Shown in pieces: positions 29,306 through 41,302 of a stretch of 64,000 nucleotides of DNA; the stretch's first letter is position 1; every line of letters starts with the position of its first letter. A model generated the notes under the pieces. The model made no database searches and was not told where the DNA came from. It worked only from the letters and a program-made list of their open reading frames with translations. A program made the position numbers and the translations under genes. The DNA lies in NCBI GenBank assembly GCA_013239625.1, contig MU056043.1, positions 4,692-68,691 of the forward strand, written 5' to 3'. This stretch comes from Lama guanicoe (lineage: Eukaryota).

Positions 29306-29829
29306 GACATGAGTATGTAAGTATATGAAAGTTATATAAGTTTATGAAAAATCAGTTTCTGACCAGAGTAAATTTAATAGTAGATTATGAACAGTTTTGT
29401 TTGGATTTAACTTTACAAATTTAATCATTGCCTCTATTTGGTGTAATGTAAACAACAGTTCATACCCTGATTTTGTTAACAGCTGAGTAAATGACTTTGA
29501 TCATATTTGAAATACTATATTGTTAATATGATGGATTGGATGATCTTTAAGTTAAAGAATTTTATTCTGAAAGACCTGTTGGTCTTTGAAATGATTAGAG
29601 GATGTTTTAACTTGAGTTAAGAAATAAAGTGGCCTGTACTTAAAAGTTTCTTCTTTTAATTTCTGCTGTGATTTTTTTAATGCATTTGTTTTTCTGCCAC
29701 AGCATATTTATTATCTGTCTTTTTGAAATGTTAATTTGGTATGTAATGAAATTTAGTTTTAAAAGGTCCCAAATGAGATTTTAGTTTTCAAAATCCAAAA
29801 CCTTGTTATAAATCTCACAGGGAAGGTGG

Positions 29830-29970
29830 TGGTTCTCCTGTATGTGTGCATGAGGACCACCGTGGGGAGTTACTGAAAGTGCAGGTCCCCTGGCATTGCC
29901 CCTGCAAATCTGATTCAGCAGATTTGGGGTGGGGCCGAGGAGTCAGCATAGCATCTTGAGAAACACTGAC
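29830..29970. mobile_element. MER5-like hAT-Charlie MITE remnant
   Basis: tctgattcagcagatttggggtggggcc...ttgagaaacactg. Confidence 0.6.
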
Positions 29971-31914
29971 CCTGAATTTATATCTAGGTTAAAATTACGT
30001 TACATAGTAGAGATGCCTGTATAAATTGGAAGGATGACATAGATGTATTTAATTTTGAACGTGGCAGAGTTAGTGTTTTCAAGTAGTTTTGACTGTTATA
30101 GCCAAGTTTGATTTGGGATTTGGTGACTTTTATGACAGTTGTAAAACTGGCAAATTGAAAATATTTTTGTTATCTGTGTGCAATCTTTCAAAAGATCCAT
30201 CTACAGTTATTTATTAAGTTAGTTATTAAGTGCTATAAAGTCCTAGACACAGAATGTTCTTCTCTTTTTCGTGCCCCAGTGTCTACCATTTTGAAATGAC
30301 TTGAACAGGGGGCTCATTAATGTAAACATAATGCATGCTGTGTCAGTACGGTACTGTACATTTATACCGTAGTCTAGCGCTTAATTTTTGTAAGAAGGGA
30401 AGACTTTGGATGTCCCTTCAAATTAAAAAGACATAAATTGATTGATAAGTAGTATACCTTATTAATTTCAGTTAACAAGTAGTTATTCTTTACAAAAACA
30501 GCAGGTTTGTCCTTAATGACCTTTCAGATATAAGATAATGATATAAGACTAATCGGTAATTTGTCATCTGTGCAAGAAAACAGAAGTTAACTGCTATTAT
30601 ATGTAAATATTAAATAACAGTTTATGTAGTTCAGTACAAATGGACTGTAGGGTCCATTTGACGTAAACTGATCTGACTTTTTTAACCATTTTATTTAGTG
30701 CTGTGTACCCCATATGGATTTCTTTCTACTTAAGAGCAGATTTAAAATGCAATTGTTTTTGCTTTACTTATGACACTGTAGTAAATAGCCTGCATCTGTT
30801 TTTAAAGTACATTTTATGATGAAATTAATTTCAAAACAAGTCCATCTCAAGACTGTGCTGAAGTTTTTTGTTCATTTTTTCCAAAAACTTAGGCTTGTTG
30901 GTTATGCTTTAGGATATATTTAGGAATCATAAGGTATAACTTACTAATGTTTGTGGAAATCTAAATTAATAAAGATTTCTGGCAGAGAGATCCAGATAAA
31001 CTGTGGAAGAGACTTTTCACCATATTCTTTTAAAGCTATTTTATATATAAAAACAGGACTGAGGCTGTTAATTATTCTAAACAGTATGTAGTGTTTTTAG
31101 TTACCTCTTCGGTAAGAATATTATTTGGTATTTCTAAGTACAATAACTTCCAACAATGTGGAATCTCAAAATTCAGGATACCTGTTTTGTATTAATGTTA
31201 AAGTCACCTGGGCCTCTGGAGGAACGCGTAAGGATGGTTTTGAATGGACCAGTGCTTGCTTACATTGTGAAATCTGAGATTATACCCTCTAACTGTAAAC
31301 TGGTATCACTACTGTAAAGACCTGATAAATTTATGACTGAAAGTTGTATTTTCTGAAAAGTAGCTCTTAAAAAGAATTTGTTTAAAAGGTGCCTTTAAAA
31401 TAACTTGATTATTAACAATGTGAATTTATTGTTCACTGGATTAACTAAGTTTGCTCCCTGAAAGATGTTAAGCAGTGTTTCACTCTCAAAATTCTCAGAT
31501 CTGCTGCTTTAATCTACTTTTGATATTTGTGCCAGGTTTTTGTTTTGTTTTGTTTTTAAATAGCTTTCCTGCTGTCGTTTCTTCAGTAAAAGCTTCAGTG
31601 GTTCCTCATTTTTCTCTTTATCAAGATGCAACTTGACTTTGAAGACCTTTTATAAAGTTAGCTCAGTATTTTCTAAAGTGTGTTTTAGAACCCTGATTCT
31701 AAGAAATATTAATAGGGATTTTATGGAGGGGAGAAGGAGATAACCCAAATCCAAGATATGCTGGTTTATGCAGTTTTCCCATTTGGGACTTCTCCCATAC
31801 TTTGGTATACTAACATGGACTGAATCTATCTAAATGTGTTTAGCATTTTGCTCCCTTATTTCACAGAATCCCTTTTAGTGAAGCATCCACTTGTTACTTT
31901 GTATATTACTTAAC

Positions 31915-32015
31915 CAGGGTCACCACTTTGCACACCTCCAGGAGGTGCTGTTCGCATAGAACACAATATAAATCATGTTTCCTGGAGTTGAGAGCCGTGT
32001 GCAGGACTGTAGTAC
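31915..32015. mobile_element. MER91-like hAT MITE remnant
   Basis: Decayed palindrome ctccaggagg...ttcgcataga...tttcctggagttg. Confidence 0.55.
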
Positions 32016-34756
32016 TGTTGACTGCCCACTGCATGACAGTCATGTCTGACAGTCTTCTCCCTACACTCTTCTCACATCTTTGGCTTTGACTTCATAATGT
32101 TTTTCCTCTCACCTGATAGGACCCGTGATCTTGTCAATCCAAGGGTGGCCATCCTCCAAAACTCCACATTAGTCTACCTTTCCCAGTCATGACTCACTGA
32201 TTTCCTTGTCTGAATTTTTGTCTTAGTAATTTCATTTGGGGATAATATAGGACTTCAGATAAGAAATGGGTTTTCGAGGATATGTAGAATTTTATCCCAC
32301 AGATGTTCAATCAGTATTTTTTGGACATACTGACTGAAGATTTTGACATTGTATAGCTTGCATGAAGGTAAAGCAGATAAAGTGGAGGCATTTTTCTTAG
32401 AGCATTTCTAAAGCCTTTTTTCATTTGAAATTTTAACTTTCCTCAGTTGGATTCATAGGACAGCCTGTTTTATTTCTGGAGGGCAGCTACATTTCATAGA
32501 ATGTTAGGACAATAGGATTTGGCGTCTATATACAAAGTGTTTTCCATTTCTTAATTGCAGTGTAGTAGCTGGTCCGTTTTAGATTTTATTCTAATTGTAA
32601 TTAGTCATTATAGTAGCTATAAATTTTATCTTAAAATGACAAGTTTCACTTTTCCTTTAGCTTGTGACATCTTTTCCTATCATCAGGATTGATGTTCTCA
32701 AGATATGTGTGTTACATCTTTAATTCATTATCATACTGTGTATAATGTAAAATGCCATAATTTAAAGCATATATTCTGATCTAAAATTTAAAATATGATA
32801 CCCTTGTAGTTACTGTTTATCAACAGGAAAACTGTTGGAGCCAGGTTTTTAAATGTCTGTTTGCTGCAGGTTCTGATTTTTCTGAGAGTTCTTTTCCATG
32901 AAATGAGCGTGAACAGTTGGCTCATGACCAACAGGATCATGGTAGGCATCAGGAATGGGTTTAGGTGTATGGTTTTCGTGAAAGTTTAAAGCATAGCAAT
33001 GCGGTTATTCCTCTAACTGCTTTACTTAGGTCAAGAAAGGAAAGCCTGTACTTGTATCATTTCTGTTGAATGCTCATGGAGTCATAATTTCAGACATTTG
33101 AGCAATTAATGCTTTCTGTAGATTTAGGATGTAAACTGTTACATACCAGTATGCTCAAAAGAAGTTGCTCTCCAGAGATTATTCCCCAGTGATTAGCACA
33201 GCTGAAAGCGCGCAGGTGCATCGCTCTTGAGTAGTCTCCCAACCCTTTTATATTTTATAGACCTAACTGTTGCTAAGATATTATAGAAGGACTTAAATGT
33301 TGATCAAAAGAGAAGTGTAGAATGGTTTTGGTAGTGAAAAGAAAAAAAAATTTGTGAAGGCAGAAATCATTGGATCCAGCAAAAATGAGATGGTTTAGAG
33401 GATGATCTTTTCAACTGGATTTGGATCTTTTCTTCTTGGGACACACATGGGTGACACTGGCATATAGTCCATGCTCCCTTGCTTATACCTAGAGTTATGA
33501 AAAATTTTCAGTTCCTTTGCTATAATTCTGTCTTTTTCTCTATTTATGCCCCAAATCAAGTAAGTGATGCTTTAACTGCTGTTTGTTTGTTTAAAAAGTG
33601 AGTCACAAACTTCAGGTCCTTTTCTTTGGATACTCTAGACAACTAATACTATGATGGAGAACTACTGAGTTAAAAGGAAGATAGAGGGCTGAAAACAAGG
33701 AAGGTCAGTCAGCGAGATGGGAAAGAGTGGATGGCAAAGTCCAGGAAAAGGAGATCTCCAGCATCAGACTCTGAATGTCAGGTAAGAGAAAAACAAACAT
33801 CCATCAACCAATCAACCCTTCTCCACATGCAGAGTGGATTTAGGGTAAAGTTTAAATTCATCTGCCTTTAAGCTTGAACTCCAGTATTTTTATATATGTT
33901 ATTGAACACTGGAACTTACCTGATTCTCTTTTGCCTCTGGACCCTCTCGCTGCTTCATGTCTTTTGCTAGGAATGCCTGCCTTTCTCAGAGCCTGTATAT
34001 CTTGATGGTATTCCTATGTGTGACTAGACCTAAAACTTCAGATTTTGGTTTTTACTCTGATGTTGTCTTGAGATCTCCCCAGATATAAATTTTGCCACTA
34101 AAAAGCCATGTGACCTTGGGTAAATCCCTTGGTTTCTTTGTTACCTCCCCCAAAGTACAAAATATAGAATCAGGGAGTTTTATTAATTTTCTTTCTTGGA
34201 AGTTTTGACTTTTAAGACAATATGTATGTCCATAGTAGGCTGCCTTCTCCCCACACCTCACCCCAAATTATCAACCATTTAATTTATTGTTTAGGCTTCC
34301 CTTCTGATTTTGCCTTTTAACTAGTTTATCTTTTCATGTTTCATTGGTGATACGAGTTTCATTCAGGAAGATGATTTAGCTTTTCAATAAATGTGTTTTA
34401 AGACTTCCAGTTAAAAAAGTGGCATTTCACTGGCATTTGACTCTGCTCTCTACCACAGTATATGAAAATGAGAGTGAGTGTGAGTTTACAGTGTTTATGT
34501 TCAGACCCCCAGCTGCCTTCCCTCACCTCACTTTCAGGATGCTGGCCAGAGTTGAAGTGTCTCCTCTGAGGACTCTGACCAGCTCAAGGGAAAGGACCTA
34601 AAGGTTCTGACACTGTTTGCCAGAGGGGATATCCAAAGAGAGTGTCCCAGTCTGATCACCTGACAGTGGACTCTGTAGTCAGAAAGCCCTACATGTGAGT
34701 CTAGAATACTCTTCAGCTTATTTGTGTCCTATTTTTTCTCTCGTAATTAAAAAAAT

Positions 34757-35293
34757 TGTTATAGCCTTATTAAAGCATAATTGACATGTAATACACTGCA
34801 CGTATTTAAAGTGAAAAAACTTGAGTTTTGATGTATAACTTTGAGTTTTGCAGTGAAACTCATCGTAATCACGTTTATGAACACAGCCATCTCCCTAAAA
34901 ATTTCCTTGTGCCTTTCTGTAATCTTCTTCCCTCCCTTCTCTCCCATCTCCTTCACTCAAGCAACCACTAATCTGCTTTCTGTCATTATAAAGTAATTTG
35001 AATTTCCTAGAGTTTTAGGTACATAGAATCATAAGTAATAAGTTCTCTTTTTGCCCAGCTTTCATTCAGCATATTTGAAATTTATGCTGCATAAATTTAA
35101 TAGATCAATTCTTGTTATTGCTTATCAATGTATCATTGCATGAATATACCACAGTCTGTTTACCCATTTGCCGATTGATGGACAACTTGGTGTCCAATAG
35201 CATGTAGTGTCTGTTCAGATATTTTGTTCAATATTCATTAGGTTGTCTTATTATTAAATTGTAGTTTCTTTATATATGCTACATGAGAAATAC
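34757..35293 (-). mobile_element. Old L1M 3' fragment, cut at the junction with the duplicated promoter
   Basis: aagcataattgacat.taata.actgca..tatttaaagtg; caagcaaccactaatctgctttctgtc; abrupt switch to GC-rich DNA at about 35294. Confidence 0.75.
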
Positions 35294-36610
35294 TTGGGGC
35301 GCGCCCTGCGCCCCGCAGCCCACCCCCGCCCCCCCNNNNNNNNNNNNNNNNNNNNNNNNNNNNNNNNNNNNNNNNNNNNNNNNNNNNNNNNNNNNNNNNN
35401 NNNNNNNNNNNNNNNNNNNNNNNNNNNNNNNNNNNNNNNNNNNNNNNNNNNNNNNNNNNNNNNNNNNNNNNNNNNNNNNNNNNNNNNNNNNNNNNNNNNN
35501 NNNNNNNNNNNNNNNNNNNNNNNNNNNNNNNNNNNNNNNNNNNNNNNNNNNNNNNNNNNNNNNNNNNNNNNNNNNNNNNNNNNNNNNNNNNNNNNNNNNN
35601 NNNNNNNNNNNNNNNNNNNNNNNNNNNNNNNNNNNNNNNNNNNNNNNNNNNNNNNNNNNNNNNNNNNNNNNNNNNNNNNNNNNNNNNNNNNNNNNNNNNN
35701 NNNNNNNNNNNNNNNNNNNNNNNNNNNNNNNNNNNNNNNNNNNNNNNNNNNNNNNNNNNNNNNNNNNNNNNNNNNNNNNNNNNNNNNNNNNNNNNNNNNN
35801 NNNNNNNNNNNNNNNNNNNNNNNNNNNNNNNNNNGGACGCCGCCAGAACCTCTCAGTCAATCCGTCGCAGCGGCCTGAGTAAAGGTGCGAGCAGGAGGGG
35901 GCGGGGGCAGCGGGAGAAGGAAGAGAGAGAGGGGCGCTGGGAGGCGCGAGTGCCCCCGCCCCTCACTCAGGCCACCCTTTCCCCACCCCGCAGCAAGTTC
36001 TAATCGCCGGCGGCGCACTCGCCGGGTCCTCCCCTTAAACGTCCTCTCCGCGCCGCTAGGCCCGTAGTCTCTGTCCTAGCCCCACTTCGTCCTCACGCTT
36101 GTGCCTGCCCGCCCCCAGGCTCCCCGCGGGCCGCGTCACGTGATCGCGCCTAGCCAAGGCGGCGGCGGCGGCGGCGGCGGCGGCGGCACTTGCTGCGCTG
36201 CTAGCGTGGAGCGGGAGACTTGAGGGTGTGGAGAAAAGGGAGCGCCAGACCGGAACGGGTGAGTTCCCTCACCTGCCTCCCCCGGCAATCTTGCGGGCGA
36301 CCCGGTGCAAACGGGGCCCCTGCCCGAAACTACGCGAAGCCCCCTTGTGCTCGACTGTCCGCTCCCGGGGGCCGCGGGGGCCTCGACAGGGTCAGACCGG
36401 GCTGCGGTGCTCACGAAGGGGCTGCACCCCGCCCGCTGCTGTGGCCGACCGCAGCATGAGGAAGGTGGAGCTGCCCTTGGTGAGCGCTGCGCGCCCTGTG
36501 TGCGGCTCTGCGGAGCCCAGGAGGCGGGTCCTGTGGGGACTCGGGCGGCCACTGTGCGGCTGCCGGGATCTGGGCGGGGGCAGGGCCGGGCACCACCTCC
36601 TCCTTCTCCG
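35294..36610 (+). repeat. Diverged duplicate of the 24.1-24.9 kb promoter/exon 1a (includes an N gap)
   Basis: 35835-36610 aligns colinearly with 24128-24920 (roughly 85-90% by eye, small indels); E-box (36135-43) and donor GTGAGT (36259) retained. 35294-35335 is assigned by composition only. Confidence 0.93.
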
Positions 36611-36619
36611 AAGCCCTCC

Positions 36620-37068
36620 CCCCAGCACAGCACCCGCTTGCTGCAGCCGGCTAACCTGTAACGCGAGTCCCCGGAACATTTGTCAGCAGAGGTGGAGGCC
36701 TGGATAGGCTGCGGGGGACTGTGGAGCAAATCCGCAGATCCTATGGGGCAAGAGACCAGCCCGAGGGTCCGCGCATCCAGCGGAGGAGGAGGGGCGCGCA
36801 CACGCGGACGTACAGATGTGCGGACTGAGGATCCCACCCAGAGCTTGTGGGAGCCTTGCGGGAGCTGTGTGTTGCTTGGAGTAGCTCCCGAGAAAAAAGG
36901 CGGCCTAGGGACTTGTACCACCGCTTTGCCTTCGCCTCCACTGCCGTCGCAGGGCAGGTAAAGGGGCGATGGTTGGGGGCGTGCAGGTCGGGGAGCCGGC
37001 GGTTGAGTCCTGGGCTACGCAGTTTGGGGAGGCTCACAGGGGGGCTTGCGTGGGTGAGGCCCAGGCGG
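36620..37068 (+). repeat. Second promoter/first-exon-like module, copy A
   Basis: Colinear with 38916-39359 (shared ggaggcctggataggctgcgggggact, tgtgggagccttgcgggagctg); donor cag|GTAAAG at 36958. Confidence 0.85.
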
Positions 37069-37599
37069 CGGGGCCCATTAAGAACCTGAGGCGGGTGCGG
37101 GCCGATGCCATGGTTCGCGGTGCAGCCCCCTTCCGAGTTAGTAGTCCCTGCACCCCGCGTCTTCGGTGCCCTTTGTGTTCGTGTTTGGGAAAGCAGGGCT
37201 CCCCCGCGCGTTGGAAGGACGCTGGACGGCCCCGGAACACCTCCGACCGGCCCTCAGGTCATGGCCTGCTCCCGGGAGGCGGGTGCGCTGTGGTCGCGTG
37301 GTCGCGGCGAGACGGGCTGCCCCGTGCAGCCCCTGAATTTGTCCTGTATTCCCCCGCCGTTTGGGGCGGCCTTCCCCATGTTCGCGTGGTGCAAGTCTCC
37401 CGGTCTGCCTTCTCCTGGGAGGCGGACGCGGTGCTGTCAGGGTTCGGCGACGGCGGCGTTAGCGGCGGCAGCAGAGGGAGAGGGTTGTGCTCCTGGGAGC
37501 CTGTCGATTTGCTCCCATCTCCTCCGCGCCCTGTGTTGAGGGCAGACTCTGCTGCCCCACGTTCGCAGGACCGCAGTGCGCGGATGAGGGGGTGGGGGC

Positions 37600-38790
37600 T
37601 GGGCCAGGCGCTTTAATAAAAACTAAAAAATAAGACGACGGACAAATGGGCCCCAAAGAACTGGGGCGGGGGAGGGCAGCACCATCCAGACAGCAGGCAG
37701 GACCAGGGCAGAGAGAGAAAGAAGGCAACTTGACGCTTTGCCCCTAAACTCCACCAGCGTGGGGCTTCCGGGCTGGCCCTGCAGGGCCTCCGGGGCAGGG
37801 GAGCCGCCAGAGCTGGCGGAGATGGCAGGGGCGGTGGGCGGGAAGCCCAGCACCACAAGATGGCTCAGCCTGAAGTGGGAGCTGGGGACCGGGACACAGC
37901 AGCCTTGAACCCCCAGTCTCTCCATGGAAGAGCCTTACTCTGGGTGAGAGAAGGGACCAAGGGTGGGGTCTCTCCCTGAGCTGAGCGCGGTCATCTCCTC
38001 CACAGCAGCGGGGGGCGGTGGGGTGTGCCGGGGACCCCCTTTCACCTTCCTGTCCATGTGCCTCCTTGGTCCCTTCTGGGAGAAGCCTCCAGGGCCCCAA
38101 AGGGGCGGGTGCGAGGAGAGCCGGTCCAGTCTGTGGTTGTCAACGCCAGACAGGGCCCATGTCCCCGCGCAGCCCCTCGGCCCTGACTCCCGCAGGAGGA
38201 CAGCGAATCGTAGGGCGAGTCGCTGAGAGACTCTGAGGTCTCCAGCCCCGCGGGGCCCCCGCTGGCCACTCTCCCTTCTTCGCCCATGTCCGACGTGCTG
38301 GGGGTGCGGCTACCCCCAAATGCTGGGCCCTGGGGCGCAGCAGCTGGGCGGCTGGGCTCCAGGCTCCGCTTTCGGTCCACCGGCAGAACCATGGGGGGTC
38401 CTGGGCAACCCCTCCAATTGTCGGGGTGGGCATAGGAAAGGGTCAGAGGAGCCGCTGGCTGCCCTTGCATTGGGGAAGGTCCAGTTCTTGGCCAGCTGGA
38501 CAGGAGGGGGAGGTGCCGGGTCTTCACAGGGATCGTCAGGACAGGTCTGATGACCCCGGTGGCCCGGAGCAGCGGTGAGCAGGGCAGGGAAGGCCGGCAT
38601 GCTGGGGTGCCGCCCGCTCACCAGCAGCTGCTCTATGCCAGGCACCTCACGCTCCAGTGTGTGGGCACGGCGAGGGACTTTGGTAAGGGGTGGGGGCCGT
38701 GCTGGGGGCACCCCGGGTGAGGGCTCCAGCCGTGGTGGCTTGGTTTTGGGGAGATTGTTGCTGGGGGTATAGGTCCGTCTGTTTCTGGGA
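37600..38790 (-). pseudogene. NCKAP5L: 5'-truncated, apparently processed NCKAP5L copy (C-terminal ~200 codons plus 3'UTR)
   Basis: LPKTKPPRL..PPPLTKVPRRAHTLEREVPGIEQLLVSGRHPSMPAFPALL..QLAKNWTFPN..RQLEGLPRTP / MVLPVDRKRS..GLETSESLSDSPYDSLSSCGSQG matches my recall of the NCKAP5L C-terminus; +1 frameshift in G6 at 38393-98; stop TGA>CGA; ATTAAA at 37617-37612; 5' limit uncertain. Confidence 0.82.
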
Positions 38791-38915
38791 GGCGGGCTTG
38801 GTGCGTTAGTGTGCCGGGGGTGTGGCGGCGGCAGCGAGAGCGGGAAATGGGGGCAGATCCCCGCGCTAGCAGGGAGCGTCCTCTGTCCTCCCGCGTTCGC
38901 TGCCTTCGGCGCCCC

Positions 38916-39359
38916 AAGCACAGCCCCCGCCTTCCTGGAGCCGGCTGACCGGTAACGCGAGTCCCGTGAACCTTGGGCAGTCGAGTTGGAGGCCTGGATA
39001 GGCTGCGGGGGACTCTGGGGCAAATCCACAGGCTCCTCTAGGGCAGGAGCCCCAGCCCGAGGGTCCGCGCTTCCGGCCAGAGGAGGAGGGGCGCGCACGC
39101 GCGTCTCCCAAGTGCGCAGACGCAGGAGCCCACTCGGAGCGTGTGGGAGCCTTGCGGGAGCTGGGTGCTTCTTGGAGTAGCTCCCGGGGAAGAAGGCGGC
39201 CCGGGGACTGGGCCGCCGCTTGCCATCGCCTCCACTGCCGCCTCAGGTCAGGTAAAGGGGCGCTGGTGTGGGCGTGTAGGTCGTGTAGCCGTCAGGTGAG
39301 GCCTGGGCTACGCTTCTGGGGAGGCTCACAGGGAGGGTTGCGTGGTTGAGGCCCAGGCG
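38916..39359 (+). repeat. Second promoter/first-exon-like module, copy B
   Basis: Paralog of 36620-37068; NRF1-like GCGCACGCGC near 39093; donor cag|GTAAAG at 39252. Confidence 0.85.
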
Positions 39360-39484
39360 TATAGGTTTTCAGGGAGCATGTCTTCATGTTAGCGTTCTCC
39401 TGGGAAGAGGGCGCAGTGCAGTCGTGGCAGCTCTAGTCCAGGATAACTAACTCTCCTTTCTTTTGTTTCCTCAGGTGTTGGCTG

Positions 39485-41302
39485 TAGCTGCTTTTCCATT
39501 GTAGGTTATTTTCAGATATGGAATGTAGATTTCTGAGTTATACAGAAAAAACTTTGTCTTAAATCGATTTTTATATATAGTGGCTAGTATTTGTTAATCT
39601 CAAACTCCCAAATTTATTCCTTCCCTGGTAACCATAAGATTGTTTACTAAGTCTGCAAGTCTGTTTCTGTTTTGTAGAGCAGTTCATAGTGTCTTTTTTA
39701 GATTGCACATGAGTGATGGATGGTATTTTTCTTTCTCTTTCTGGCTCACTTCACTTAGAATGATGATGTCTAGGTCCATTCATGTTGCTGCAAGTGGCAT
39801 TATTTTATCGTTTCTTATGGCAGAGTAGTATTCCATTGTATAAATATAGCACAACTTGTTTTTCCAGTCACCTGTTGCTTCATTTAGGTTGCTTCCATGT
39901 GTTAGCTATTGTACATAGTTGTGCCATGAATACTGGGAGGCAGGTATTTTTTTCACATTGGAGTTACCTCTTGATTTATGCCCAGAAGTGGGATTGCTGG
40001 ATCATAGAGTAAGTCTATTTTTAGTGTTTTGAGGAATTTCCATAATGATTATACCAAACTACATTCTGACCAGCAGTGTAAGAGGGTTCCCTGTTCTTCA
40101 CACCCTCTCTAGCATTTATCTTCATGAACTTTTGAGTGATGGCCATTCTGACTTGTATGAGCTGATACCTCATTGTAGTTTTGATTTGCATTTCTCTAAT
40201 AATTAGCGATAGGGAGCATTGTTTTCATGTACCATTTGTAGTCTTCATTGGAGAAATGTTTGTTTAGATCTGCCCATTTTTGGACTGGGTTGGTTGTTTG
40301 TTTTGTTATTAAGTTTTATGAAGTGTTTATGTATCCTGGAAATTAAGCCTTTGTCAGTTGAATTATTTACAGATATTTTCTCCCATTCTGTAGGTTGTCA
40401 TTTTGTTTTGTTTATGGTTTCCTTTGCTGTGGAAAAGCTTGTAAGTTCACTTAGGTCCCATGTGTTTATTTTTGCTTTTATTTCTGTTGCTTGGGTAGAC
40501 TGTCCTAGGAGAACATTGCTGAGATGTATATCAGGTAATGCTTTGCCTATGTTTTCTTTTAAGGTTTATAGTGTGTTGTCTACATGTTTAAGTCTTAGCC
40601 ATTTTGAATTTATTTTTATGTATAGTGTGAGGGAATATTCTAATTTCATTGATTTACATGCAGCTGTCCAGTTTTCCCTACACCATTTGCTGAAGAGACT
40701 GTCTTTACTCTATTGTATATTCTTGCCTCCTTTGTCAAAGATTAATTGACCAAAAGTTTGTGGGTTTACTTCTGGGCTCTCTGTTCTGTTCCGTTGATCC
40801 ATGTGTCTTTTTGTATCAATACCAGGCTGTTTTGACTTCAGTTCTGTCGTATTGTCTGAAGTCTGGGAAGGTTATTCTTCCAGCTTGATTCTTTTTCTTC
40901 TGTAATGATTTGATAATTCTGGGTCTTTTGTGATTCCATATAAATTTGAAGATAATTTGTTGTAATTCCTTGAAAAATGTCCTGGGTAATTTGATGGGGA
41001 TCACATTAAATCTGTAGATTCGTTTGGGCTGTGTGGCCATTTGAACAATATTAGTTCTTCCAGTGCAAGAACATGGAATATCTTTCCATTTCTTTAAGTT
41101 CTCTTTAATTTCCTTAGTGTTTTGTAGGTCTCCGCATATGTCTTTGACTTCCTTGGTCAGATTTCTTCCTAAGTATTTTATTTTTTTGGATGCAGTTTTA
41201 AAAGGGATTATTACTTTCGTGTAAAGAAATGCCACTCATTTCTGTATGTTGATGTTGTATCCTGCTACCTTGCTGAATTCTTTCATTAGCTCTTAGATTA
41301 GA
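39485..41302 (-). mobile_element. LINE-1 3'UTR and ORF2 C-terminal part, ending at an N gap
   Basis: Minus ORF 40816-41235 ([52 protein letters not shown]) is L1 ORF2; frameshifted. Confidence 0.93.

Noticed and set aside
35276..35882. Long ORFs spanning N gaps (also 23859-24219 and 41198-41656)
   Set aside because: Artefacts of untranslatable Ns
36620..39359. LTR retroelement with NCKAP5L cargo between two LTRs
   Set aside because: No TG..CA ends, PBS/PPT or TSD seen; the repeats look like a cellular first exon
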